NCBI RefSeq assembly: GCF_001194135.2
Contig: NC_068989.1
Span: 84,781,264 to 84,835,231 of the forward strand
Source: Octopus bimaculoides
Taxonomy: Eukaryota
DNA length: 53,968 nucleotides
Reading direction: 5' to 3'
Shown here: piece by piece, positions 1 through 11,559 of the stretch
Numbering within the stretch: position 1 is the stretch's first letter
How the letters are laid out: each line of letters starts with the position of its first letter
The notes under the pieces: model-generated
Told to the model about the DNA's origin: nothing
Seen by the model: the letters and a program-made list of their open reading frames with translations, nothing else
Databases searched by the model: none
Translations under genes and position numbers: made by a program

Positions 1-793
1 TATATATAAACACATACACACATGTGCACACACATACACACACACACTTACTGAGACAGCCATATGTGTTTATGTATGTGAGTATAAATATTGAAAAATA
101 GTCAGCAATTCACTCCATTAGTCAGTTTCACACAGTCATACATACACACACACATGCGCGTGCCCTCTGTGTGTGTGTGTGTGACACTAACAGTGAAGTG
201 AGTCACTGGCTCTTTTCCAATAAATATAAACTTTGCTTCACGTATTGAGTTCTCTTTCCATTAGTTTGTATACACACCCACACCATATATAAGTTCGTGC
301 ATTTGCTGTACTATACACCCACCCAGCTGTGACATTTTATGTGAACCCTCCTCCCATGTTAAAATAAAAAAAGGTATCTTGTGATATTTCTATAGAGGAC
401 AGTTAGCTGTGATGTACTCTAATGTCCTTTCATCTGCCCTCTTTCTTTCCTGTTTCCCTGTATCCAGCTAGCATCCTTTAATGTCCCTCCACTATGATCA
501 TGGCATGATATGGGGTATCACTGAGGTACCATCTTCCAGCCAACCACATACCTCAGTTATCCACCGCAGTAGCTTTCCTGCACAACACCTTAAGGTTGAT
601 TTCATGTGTAGCTGCTGTTGTTTAACCCTAAGTCAGGCCTGATTGAGCACATGTACACCCACAGTCATTTCAGATCACAATATCTGATCTGTACCTCCAC
701 ATTTTGAGTTGTTAGAGGATAATTTGACTACATTTTCTAGCTGGTTAAGCCAGGTGACAAATTAAATCTATCACCATTTAGGCCATTCTGGGA

Positions 794-1247
794 TTTGAAG
801 TTATTCTGCTCAATACCACAGATTTGCTTGTCAGTTGCTTGACCTTAACCAGTTGAGCATGTCCCTTGGTGGCTGACGATATGTGCACCTCTGATCACGA
901 GTAGAAGAAGTGGGGGAGCATCTTAGCCATGTGTTGAGAGGAATTCTTTGGGGTTTGAATAATTCACCTTTGGAAACATGGGTGTTTCGTTCAACATCCT
1001 TAAACACCCCTTATTCAGAGACCATTTGAGCAGGATGGGCTCCTCGACCTGAAAAAAATTCTAACTGGTCCCCACCTGCGAGGTCATGCACTGTTTATCT
1101 TGATATAAGATCACCTTGTTGCACACATATGGTTGTGATGCATGTGCCTGGTGTACCCTTATCAGGCGGGTAGTCATGATGGGTATACTGGGCTTCGTAT
1201 ATTTTACCCCAGTGTCACTTTGATGGCATATACTGTTCTCTCACTCG

Positions 1248-1276
<29 letters not shown>
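794..1276 (+). mobile_element. Probable LINE 3'-UTR-type retroposon fragment with (AAT)n tail
   Basis: ~450-bp complex, GC-richer block ending directly in (AAT)n at about 1248-1276; single copy in the window, so the family call is recognition only. Confidence 0.4.
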
Positions 1277-1279
<3 letters not shown>

Positions 1280-1784
1280 CAAAGATCATCAGTTTAGAAA
1301 TAGTTGTGTCTATTGTCTCCAGATGGAAGCAATTCTATTGTCTCCATTGTGTAATCTACAGCATAATGGTATTTATTGTTGTTGTTGTTGTCATTGTCCT
1401 TGTTATAGTCACTTGTTAAAAACAGACAGCTCAGCTGTTTATTATTGCCGGGATCTATGGTAATTGGTTAACAATTTAGTTAAAAAGTAATAGCAAGCAG
1501 ATAACAATGATAATAATAATAATAATACAAGTGGTAATGATTTTTTTAAAAATGTTTTTAGTAACACAAGTGTAAGAGAGAAAATGTGTCAGCACAAAAC
1601 AGATGCGATTTCACTTTATTGTAGAAGCTGAAAGGAAGGAAGGAATGAAGGAAGGAATGAAGGAAGGAAGCCTCTGAAAGGCCCACGAATGACCAAGTTT
1701 CTTTTTGTGTTAAATGTGTTGGGTGCGGGAGTGGGGTGGGGCGAGGGGTGTTCTATACTAAACAAACTCAGTAAATGTTTCATC

Positions 1785-2000
1785 GCCGTCATCATCGTCA
1801 TCGTCGTCATCATCGTCATCGTCGTCATCATCATCCTCACTACCACCACCATCGTTAATTAGTTGATGCATTTGATTAACCCCACCCCACCCCTTAGAAA
1901 AATGTGTGTGGTCTTGTGCACAAATCATCATCATCGTTGTCACCATTACTACTACTACTACAGCTACTACTACTACAGCTACTACTACTGTTCATCACCC
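1785..2000. repeat. Compound trinucleotide microsatellites (CAT/CGT, CAC, TAC)
   Basis: Direct inspection; source of the spurious poly-D, poly-Y and poly-T ORFs. Confidence 0.9.
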
Positions 2001-2546
2001 CACAAACACCCACCAGAGGTCACTAGTGTATCAGCTGCCTCGCCCCCCCCTCTCCCCACGCTAACGTTTCCCAAACTTTTTGCATCTGGAGTTTCTGACT
2101 CATTTAACAGGTATGGCTGGGGTGGATGTTGTTGTACAGGGTGGATGTAGAATCTTTGATCAACTATTGGTTGGGGTCAGCATTTTACTGGGTAACTTTT
2201 GTTTATACGACTTGGCTGTTTGTTGTTGTTGTTGTTGTTGTTGCTGTCGTTTAGCCCTTGGTCAGCTGTGATCCAGTTGTGACCATTCTATCTTTTATCC
2301 ATATATATACACCACTTTATTCACCGAATCACATGAGTTGATGTAATGAACCAAAATGTGTTAATTACAATTACGTTTGTGGTAACGAATCTAATCGTTA
2401 TCTTACTGATTAATTCTGGCAAAGAATATGAAGGGAGGTAACTGTGGGATTAAAATTTATTAAAGATTGACTACAATTGTGGTAGGGGAAAATGAGTGTG
2501 ATCTGTAGCATTACAGTGATAACATTGGACATGATTTGGTCCTAGT

Positions 2547-2765
2547 TTAGCCTTTTAGTATTTAATCCAGCCCAAAAAATATTCATGTTTTATGTTCAAA
2601 CTAGCCATATCAGGCCTCTCACACCTTTTCAACAATGTCATTCTAAGAATAAACCATCACATCACTGAAATCTGAAAGCTACAAGATAATGCATGAGTAA
2701 TTCAAAATAATGTGAATATACAAGTGTTATATTTGACAGAATAAATCTGAATGCTAAAGGGTTAA
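2547..2765. mobile_element. piggyBac-type MITE (ttaaccctttagcatt family)
   Basis: Right end gaatgctaaagggTTAA; degenerate left end ttag-ccttttagtatt; homologous in opposite orientation to 11148-11371. Confidence 0.65.
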
Positions 2766-2963
2766 GGACAATATATAGGGTCAATTCATTTGACTAAAAT
2801 TTTTTTCAAGGTAATACCTTAACATGGCTGCAGTCTAATGACTGATACAAGTAAATGATAAGATTTATCTCTCCATCTTTATATCTATCTATATATCTAT
2901 CTATCTGTCAGTCTATCTGTTTATCTAGATACATACATACATACATGCACTCACGTATCTATA

Positions 2964-3718
2964 TAAGTGGTCTGATCAATAAATATCCGGACTGTTGCCA
3001 TAGTAATGAAGATAAAACATGCAGAGGGAAGCCGTTTGGTACAGATTGACCTTGAAGTCTACTGAGCATGCGCACTAAGTTTTAACATTTTAGCTCATTT
3101 CTGCTGTTTACAGCAGTGCTTGGAAGGAAGGTGTGTAGCATGTGATCAGTGCACTGACCATGACAGAGAAAGATGAGCAGAGAATCTGCATCAAATTTTA
3201 CCAAAAGCTTAACGATACCTGCTCAGAGGCCTACGCAAAGTTTTCAAAAACTTTTCATCTTTCTCAACACAATTAAGGAGATATTGTGCAGTTCAAGCCT
3301 AAGTGTCTTTTGGTCAGCTGAAAGTAGTTTTGGAACAAACTTGGCAGATGCACATCTCATACCAAATCTTCAGTGATAATGGACTGAACTGAACCGTAAC
3401 TAATCTGCACATCCTGATAACTCACGGATGGTGATTCAATGATTTCCCCTCACAGCTGCATGCACATCTGCGATGTTTTTCTCAATTCTGCTGGTTGTGG
3501 GTCTCCCAGAACATTCATCACTGTCGACATTTTGTCACCCATCTTGGAAACGTCTGAACCACTCATGCACTATGTGCATGGCTCATACACTCCTCTCCAT
3601 ACACTTTCTGGAACTTTGCGTTGGCCTCTGAGCAGATATCGCCATGACAACTTTCTCTGTCATAGTCAATGTGATGATCACGTGCTACACACGTTCCTTC
3701 CAAACACTGCTGTAAACA
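2964..3718. mobile_element. Mariner relic arranged as a foldback of two 5' halves
   Basis: TIR-like ...gatcaataaatatccggactg at about 2964-2995. The + strand reads MTEKDEQRICIKFYQKLNDTCSEAYAKF (3160-3276). The - strand (3718 to about 3285) gives a second degenerate mariner N-terminus (..[42 protein letters not shown]) with stops and frameshifts. Confidence 0.8.
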
Positions 3719-3721
3719 TCT

Positions 3722-3808
3722 GTGCGTGTGTGTGTGTGTATAGATACATGTAAATATATATATATATATATACATGTAAATATGTATGTGTATGTATGTA
3801 TACGTATG

Positions 3809-3841
<33 letters not shown>

Positions 3842-3965
3842 GTATGTATATATATGTATGCATATATGGATGTATATATGTGTATATATGTATATGTGTG
3901 TATATGTATATATGTGTGTGTATATATATGTGTATATGTATATATATATGTGTATATATGTATAN
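3722..3965. repeat. (TA/TG)n compound microsatellite running into a gap
   Basis: Direct inspection. Confidence 0.95.
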
Positions 3966-4564
3966 NNNNNNNNNNNNNNNNNNNNNNNNNNNNNNNNNNN
4001 NNNNNNNNNNNNNNNNNNNNNNNNNNNNNNNNNNNNNNNNNNNNNNNNNNNNNNNNNNNNNNNNNNNNNNNNNNNNNNNNNNNNNNNNNNNNNNNNNNNN
4101 NNNNNNNNNNNNNNNNNNNNNNNNNNNNNNNNNNNNNNNNNNNNNNNNNNNNNNNNNNNNNNNNNNNNNNNNNNNNNNNNNNNNNNNNNNNNNNNNNNNN
4201 NNNNNNNNNNNNNNNNNNNNNNNNNNNNNNNNNNNNNNNNNNNNNNNNNNNNNNNNNNNNNNNNNNNNNNNNNNNNNNNNNNNNNNNNNNNNNNNNNNNN
4301 NNNNNNNNNNNNNNNNNNNNNNNNNNNNNNNNNNNNNNNNNNNNNNNNNNNNNNNNNNNNNNNNNNNNNNNNNNNNNNNNNNNNNNNNNNNNNNNNNNNN
4401 NNNNNNNNNNNNNNNNNNNNNNNNNNNNNNNNNNNNNNNNNNNNNNNNNNNNNNNNNNNNNNNNNNNNNNNNNNNNNNNNNNNNNNNNNNNNNNNNNNNN
4501 NNNNNNNNNNNNNNNNNNNNNNNNNNNNNNNNNNNNNNNNNNNNNNNNNNNNNNNNNNNNNNNN

Positions 4565-4675
4565 CTAGCATGGAAAGCGGACGTTAAACGATGATGATGA
4601 TGATGATGATGATGATGATCTTCATCATCATCATCATCGTTTAATGTCCGTTTTCCATGCTGGCATGGGTTGGAC

Positions 4676-4676
<1 letters not shown>
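4565..4676. repeat. Tail-to-tail inverted pair of RTE-type 3' tails
   Basis: 4565-4605 is the reverse complement of 4623-4663 with 3 differences, all G-U compatible on the + strand. Confidence 0.9.
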
Positions 4677-4710
<34 letters not shown>

Positions 4711-5347
4711 ATACATATAATATATATGTATATATATGTATCAAATCTGTCTCTTTCAATTCACATTTGTTATTCGTTCCCCATCGTTTGACTGACCTCC
4801 ACTCCCTTCTGTTCCTCGTAACCCCACCACCACCAGTTGTGAAAATATCACTGACCTAATTGGTCGCTAGTTAACTGCTGCTACTGTTAAAATCCCATCT
4901 ATAATTATAATAAATAAATCATATAATTAGCAGTAACAATTAGTAGACCATATAATTATCTCTACCAACAAGGATTTGGCGCTTGTTGTCCTCCTGTCTG
5001 GTTTCAAATGAGGAACTTATTCCATCGCAGTCTTATTTCAGTATTTATGCCAGTTGGGTACCGAATTGATATAATCAACTAGCTCACTCCTCACAAATTT
5101 GAGACCTTCTGCCTAGAGCAGGAATTATTATTAATGCAACAAGCTGGCAGATTCGTTGCATGGCAGACAAAATGGTTAATGGCCTTTGGTCTGTCTTTAC
5201 ATTTTGGTTTCAAATTCCGCCAAGGTCAACTTTACCTTTCATCCTTCCAGGTCAATAAAATAAATACCAGTTGAACACTAGGGCCAGTGTTATCCCACTA
5301 CCCCTTTCCTTCTACTTGTGCCTTCAATAGAAAGAATTTATTATTAA

Positions 5348-5616
5348 CCTCTTTGTTACCATATTTCTGTTGAGATGTTCTGTGTTTCTTTCAATTACTT
5401 TAAATATAACAAATAATTTAGTAAAATAACTTAGTTATCATTCAGCTAGTGTTAGGAACATAAATTGTGACTAAGGTTTGGTGGAAGATTTTAATTCAAA
5501 ACTTATGAAAACAAGACATTTGTACTACAGAGCCAGAGTCGGTTTCAGCCAGAACCGGTTTCAGCCAGAGCCAGTTTCAGCCAGAGCCGGTTTCAGCCAG
5601 GTTGGTAATGAAAGGA
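5348..5616. mobile_element. piggyBac-type MITE with internal 16-bp tandem array
   Basis: TTAA at 5344-5347 and 5617-5620; imperfect TIRs cctctttgttacc / ggtaatgaaagga; array (agccagagccggtttc) x about 4.4 at 5531-5600. Confidence 0.7.
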
Positions 5617-5824
5617 TTAAGGCAGAAAGCTGGCAGAATTATGAGCACACTGGACAAAATGTTTGCAGTATTTCTTCCAGCTTTATGGCTCTGAGCTCAA
5701 ATCCTGTCAGACTCAGCTTTCGTTCTTTGAGGGTCGTGGAAATAAGTACCATTTGAGCTGTAAGGTCAATACAGTCAACTTACCCTCCTTTTGTGCCAAA
5801 ATTAGAAAGAATTGTTGTTGTTGA

Positions 5825-5825
<1 letters not shown>

Positions 5826-5888
<63 letters not shown>

Positions 5889-5895
5889 ATTATTA
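5826..5895. repeat. (ATT)n microsatellite; similar arrays at about 27075-27118, 39218-39253 and 39738-39789
   Basis: Direct inspection. Confidence 0.95.
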
Positions 5896-6582
5896 TTGTG
5901 TTACTTCTCAGAGTTCTTGGTCTTACTTGCTCTGGTTGATTCTGTGAGAATGGACAGCAACCTATTGTCAGAGGTTTTACACAGTCTCTTTGCACAAATC
6001 ATAAAGCTTTGGTACTTGGATGTTGACTTATTGCAGAAGATTCTCGACACCCAAGCACCAATCTCAAAATCTTAACTGTCCTATTATTATTGTTACTATT
6101 CATCATCATTGTTTAACGTCTGCTTTCCATGCTAGCATGGGTTGGACGATTTGACTGAGGACTGGCGAACCAGATGGCTGCACCAGGCTTTATTATTATT
6201 ATTATTATCATTATTATTATTATGACAGCCAACAAACTAATTAGAGTATCAAGAAAAATTCTTAATGGTGTTTCTTACAGCCCTTCGTGTTCAGAGACAA
6301 AATCCTATTATGGTCAGCTTTCCTTTTCATCCTTTTGGGGATCGATAAAATACAGTACCAGTGAAGAACTGGGGTTGAGGGTCATTGCTAAACAACGCCG
6401 CCCCTTGAAATTGCTGGCCTTGTGCCAAAATTTAAAAAACAGTAGGAGTAGTAGTCTTGTTAGGTCTGTGGAGTGGTGAGATACCAGCCAAAATGTATTG
6501 CAGTGTTTAGTTATGTACCCTTGCATTCTAAGTTCAAATTCTGTTGGGATTTTCTCTTCGTTTATTGGTGTTCTAAGTGCCA

Positions 6583-6740
6583 AGAGATGAGGAATTATTT
6601 ACATTATTTACATTTGACAGATATTTGTCCTCATCTTGTTTGTTGTTAACACAACGTTTCGGCTGATATACCCTCCAGCCTTCATCAGGTGTCTTGGGGA
6701 AATTTCGAACTTCGGTTCTCATTCCTAAGGTATTTTTTGA
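6583..6740 (-). mobile_element. Hammerhead-bearing Penelope-tail repeat, copy 1 (5' truncated)
   Basis: Shares aaaataccttaggaatgagaa, the hammerhead region and the ...aaatgtaaataatgt...ttcctcatctct end with the copy at 8131-8430. Confidence 0.7.
6648..6693 (-). ncRNA. Minimal type I hammerhead ribozyme motif (Penelope-type)
   Basis: Minus strand reads GACAC-CUGAUGA-A-GGCUG(gaggguauau)CAGCC-GAAAC-GUU-GUGUU. Stem I is GACAC/GUGUU, stem II is 5 bp, and stem III is the palindromic ACGU. Predicted cleavage after GUU, between 6653 and 6652. Activity not shown. Confidence 0.72.
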
Positions 6741-6750
6741 TGTTGTCGTC

Positions 6751-7008
6751 ATGAGTTCGATTCCTGGCTACGTGTTGTGTCCTTGAGCAAGACACTCTAT
6801 TTCACATTGCTCCTGTCCACTCTGTTGGCAAAAATGAGTTGTACCTGTAATTCAAAGGGGCCAGCCTTATCACATTCTGTGTAATGCTGAATCTCCCTGA
6901 GAACTACATTAAGGGTATGCATGTCTGTGGAGCACTCAGCCACCAGCAGGCTGTTCTGTTGATTGAATCGACTGGAACATTTGTCGTCACAGCCGATGGA
7001 ATACCAGT
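6751..7008 (+). mobile_element. tRNA-derived SINE family D (5' truncated)
   Basis: B-box gagttcgattcc, gtgtccttgagcaagacact body, and tail shared with the other family D copies. Confidence 0.75.
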
Positions 7009-7204
7009 TTCAAGCCTGTCAAGTGACTATATTGAACCTCCCCGCTATCCCACCTCATCTTGACTCATGGATTGTTGTTGTTGCTGTTGTTGTTGTCAAC
7101 AACTGGAAAATATTCTCTCACGCCAGTTGAGCAATTCCAAGCGTCTTGGAGATCATTACCAATACATCCTGTATGCTGGAATTAATCAGATTTGTGACTC
7201 TCTC

Positions 7205-7237
<33 letters not shown>

Positions 7238-7562
7238 TCATCACCATGGCAACAACAACAGCTGCAAGTGGCAAGTTAAATATTGTTGTTCACAATGAAA
7301 TCATAACAGTGTGTTAATTGCTGTAAGCACTTCCTTCCCTCCTGTCTCACTTATCTCCACAGAGCCTTGGACATTGTGTGTGTGTGTGTACATATATGTA
7401 TATACATACCATATCGTTACACAGATATCTAAATAATTTTAATTAAGTCCAAATCTGTGAGCAAGTGTTTCTACATCAGTGCTCTGTGTGTGTGTGTGTG
7501 TGTGCATGTGTGCATGCACGCGTGCAATATTTTATAATAATTCTATAATAATTTTATAATAT

Positions 7563-7704
7563 AAAGGTGGTGAGCTGGCAGAAACGTTAGCCCGCCAGGC
7601 GAAATGCTTAGCGGTATTTCATCTGTCTTTGCGTTCTGAGTTCAAATTCCGCCAAGGTCAACTTTGCCTTTCATCCTTTCAGGGTTGATAAATTAAGTAC
7701 CAGT

Positions 7705-7706
<2 letters not shown>
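7563..7706 (+). mobile_element. SINE family B monomer, 3' truncated by (TA)n
   Basis: aaggtggtgagctggcagaaacgttagc...gataaattaagtaccagttg. Confidence 0.78.
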
Positions 7707-7745
<39 letters not shown>

Positions 7746-8130
7746 CAAAAATTTAGATTCAGATGAATATGGTACCTAAGTTGAGGCATCAGAATTTAGT
7801 ACGGTATTATCCATACAATTTCAAAATAAGCAACAAAGGATATCCAGAGGATATCCTCTGGATATTCTTGATTATNNNNNNNNNNNNNNNNNNNNNNNNN
7901 NNNNNNNNNNNNNNNNNNNNNNNNNNNNNNNNNNNNNNNNNNNNNNNNNNNNNNNNNNNNNNNNNNNNNNNNNNNNNNNNNNNNNNNNNNNNNNNNNNNN
8001 NNNNNNNNNNNNNNNNNNNNNNNNNNNNNNNNNNNNNNNNNNNNNNNNNNNNNNNNNNNNNNNNNNNNNNNNNNNNNNNNNNNNNATACATACATACATA
8101 TATATAAAATGTAATACTGTTCTATATTTT

Positions 8131-8430
8131 AGAGATGAGGAATTATGTACATTATTTACATTGGATGGATAGGTGCCCTCACCTTTGTTGTTACCACAAC
8201 CTATCCAGGTTCAATCCCAGGCAGTGACTCGAATAAATAATAATAATAACATCGGCAGAAAAAAAAAATACCTTAGGAATGAGAAGAGAGTACCCCATTA
8301 GTCAAATAAAGGGTTGGGTTTTAAATTCCACCAGGACCCCTGATGAAGACTAGAGGGTACATCAGCCAAAATGTTGTGGTAGAAACAAAGAAGGTGAGAC
8401 ACCTATCCGTGCATTGTAAATAATGTCTGC
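8131..8430 (+). mobile_element. Hammerhead-bearing Penelope-tail repeat, copy 2, with B-box and inverted 5' arm
   Basis: B-box-like ggttcaatccc at 8208-8218, (AAT)n spacer, shared ataccttaggaatgagaa, degenerate core ctgatgaagactagagggtacatcagccaaaatgttgtg at 8340-8378. 8131-8200 is an inverted copy of the element's 3' tail. Confidence 0.65.
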
Positions 8431-9294
8431 ATAAAATGTATTCTAGAGATGTGGTTGGGTTTATTCAGTGGAAGCTGGATGTTCACTTCATTCCTTAGTC
8501 TGAGTTTATTGCTTGTATGTAAACTTGTATATACAAGTAAGAAACTCAGAGTAACATCAGGATGGTTCATCAGCATGGAACATAGATATGTGATTATGAG
8601 GAAGAGAGAGAGAGAGAGAGAGTACCTGTGTAATTTGTGTGTGCAGTCTAAAAATATACTACATGAGATGAAATACTTGGACACCCACATGCACAAAATC
8701 ATGCCTAGGTGTTTGATATATATGGAAATGTGTCAGACTGATTAAAATGGAATCTGGTATAGAACTCAATACAAAATATTGAGTCAGATATATTTTACAT
8801 CCAATTGTGGCAGTTACTTATAACTTCCATTGTGAATGAACCAGCTGTAACTGTCCTCTTTCATGATGTAATATTTTTATATATTTATTCATGTGTACAG
8901 TCATCGAAAGCATCATTGTGTGTCCTGTTTAGGTTTTTGATGGAACATAATCTCTCTACACTGCATTTTGGGGGGTTTTATTCTCTGCTTCTCTTCTCAT
9001 TCAGTTCCATGATGTCATCTTCAGTTGCCGTTCTGTTGATCTCTTCCAGACGATCCTTTGGTTTCCTGCCTCTTTACCTCTCTAGTTACAATACTGCTGT
9101 TTGTTGGACAATAGTTTCCTGCCTGACTTTGGCCAACTAGTCTTTCCTGCTCGCGATTTTAGGATGTCATTATCAACATTCATTTTAGAGTTTTTTTTGT
9201 TTTTCCTGAGGGTAGGTTTGACCATGCAGTTTTAAGATCACATAGCATTAAGTTTAATCCTGTTGTGTGGCACCTTGAGCAAGTCTCTTCACCA

Positions 9295-9455
9295 TTCTTT
9301 TATTCTTTTACTTGTTTCAGTCATTAGACTATGGCCATGCTGGAGTACTACCTTGAGGGATTTTAGTTGAACTCATCAACCCCACTATTTATTTTGAAGG
9401 ATGGTACTTATTCTATCAGTCACTTTTGCCGAACTGCTAAGTTACAAGGACATAC
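9295..9455 (-). mobile_element. SINE family A 3' part
   Basis: ttttacttgtttcagtcattagactatggccatgctggag matches the family A tail. Confidence 0.68.
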
Positions 9456-11147
9456 ACACACACACACACACACACACATACAGTGAATGAATTGTTTGTG
9501 TTCTTGGGTGGTAAGTTACCTGGTTTAACACCAGCACCTGGTCATTGGATGCCTTTAGCAGTATCCACTCCCTTACAAACATTTAGACCAGGTCTCTGCC
9601 ATGAGGATAATTTGATTTCTTGATGCACAGCTGCCACCTACTGCAGCTCTTCAGGGGAGATAATTTTTTCCCCTTACTTATACATGCTATGGCATTCACC
9701 TGGGGTCAGTCAAGCCAACTCTGACCAAAGAGTTCACCATATCCCTCAGAAATGCTGACAGACAAATGTCCCACTGGGCAAGCAAGCGTATTGGATCCAT
9801 GGATGCTGTAGTCAGTCGTCATTCACTGTTGAATAGTCTAGAGTTCATGTTCAGAGTTTCACTTGAAATACAAATTCATATGTGGTCCCCAGTCACATGT
9901 CCACACACTTCTAAGTAGCGTGATCTGTAGCAATTGATTTTGCTATTGATTGTTGACCATCACAGAAGATTCACTGACTAAGTTACCGCCGATTATCAGA
10001 GTATATGTAACCTGGGTTTGAAGCGGGTTCTAGAGACATACTTTAACATAAGTGGTGCCTCACTCCCAGTGGTCTTCCAGCATGCTGAATACCAATCCAT
10101 AATTCCTGTGCTATTCCTACAACGATTACACTAGGGTCATTTGTCCTGGTCTCGGAAACCCAACAAGACGGTCGTGGTTGTGTGATTCTTCCCACTTTCT
10201 CTAAAAATCAAAAATGGTGAAATGGGTTGGACAAATCTGCCGGTCAATACTCTTATTGGTAATTTGCTATCCTTTTTGTGACACTCAGTTAACTGAGATC
10301 TAACCTCTTAAACCTCCTGTCCATTCTTTGTCAGGCATTGGGACCTTCCACGACCAACCAACACTAAACACTCTATCATTCCTGCATATCTATTTAAAAT
10401 CAGTTGTCTCCCTTGACATATACCTGCTGGTACCCAACGTCCTTTGCTGCTTGAACCCTCTCATTTCATATGAAAGCTCTCATATAAGTTAACATTACAC
10501 ATCCTATTGTCATTTTATTTCTTTCTAGTGTCTGTAATTCTGTCCTACTATCCATGAATATATAAAATATTTATATGTAATGTATATATTTATGTGTGGG
10601 TGTGAGAGAGAGAGAGAAGTTCATATATGTTTGTATGTGAAGTAATAAGGATTATAAACACAGACTTAAGTAAGATATTTACTTTTCACCTGCTCTTTCA
10701 TACCTTTATGTGTATGTAATCCCAGTTACAACACACAGAGGTTGGAGCCAATATGCTTCCAACATAGATATGTATTGAGCCTTGGGTTTTTATGCAAAAA
10801 AAAAAAAAACAGATTATAAATATATATGCACGGTCACACATATGCACACACATACTCCATGGAACATTGAAATGAAATATCAATAATAAAATACATAAAG
10901 GCCTAACAGACCAGACATTGTTATCTGTGTTTAGAATACAATAAGCATTGTTGTGTTCTGTGAGTTGTCCACTGGACAATAACATCCTATCAAATATGTA
11001 TGGAAGAGAGAATGTCTTTGGACAATTAATGAGAACATTTACAATGTTATTACCAAGGTTGTGGATAATGATGTACCCAAAATACATTATTCTCACATAT
11101 GCAGGCAGGTTGGCTGCGTTCACCTGTTGTGGTCAATCTGTTGATGT

Positions 11148-11371
11148 TTAATCTTTTAGTATTCGGATTATTTCGTCAAATGTAAATCTTATTTCTCCAC
11201 ATTGTTTTGAATTAATCATGCATTATCTCATATCTTTGAGATTTCCATGAGTGTTTGTTTTTAAAATGACATTGTAGGGTAGGGGTAAGAGGCCAGATCT
11301 GGCCATTTTAATCATAAAACAGGTAGAATATATGGGCTGGATATGGTCATTTTTAACTGCTAATGGGTTAA
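11148..11371. mobile_element. piggyBac-type MITE (same family)
   Basis: TTAA-tcttttagtattc ... aactgctaatggg-TTAA; internal ttgaattaatcatgcattatct shared with 41130-41240. Confidence 0.65.
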
Positions 11372-11559
11372 GAGTTTACTTTGGTAATGTACAAGAAAAT
11401 ACTAAAAGGCCTCATTGAAAATACATCAACATGTTCAACATCTACAATGATTTAGGGCAGTTTAGTTGTATTAGGATTTTTAGTTTTCTTCTTAATCCAA
11501 TTTCTGGTCTGTAATGGAAATGATACAACTGAAAGTATAGTTGTACATGGCCCAAAATA

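Noticed and set aside
1616-2271. Poly-D, poly-Y, poly-C and poly-T ORFs (also 5780-6075, 13504-13880, 28124-28426, 29083-29394, 32451-33072, 48624-48944)
   Set aside because: Translations of di- and trinucleotide repeats, with no splice context or domain.
3678-4594. Long ORFs (260-332 aa) here and at 7763-8107, 16193-17052, 22121-22414, 39694-40692
   Set aside because: They are made of N runs and microsatellite translation (poly-X, YI/VC repeats); artefacts.
7244-7318. accATGG Kozak context / RFX-like ccatggcaac as a first exon
   Set aside because: The ORF closes after 23 codons, and the only donor-like site (gcaagt) is non-canonical and out of phase with exon 30638.
9500-10450. Possible decayed LTR-retrotransposon gag/protease on the - strand
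   Set aside because: Only vague resemblances; no intact CCHC or DTG motif, LTR or PBS could be supported by eye. Needs tBLASTn or RepeatMasker.
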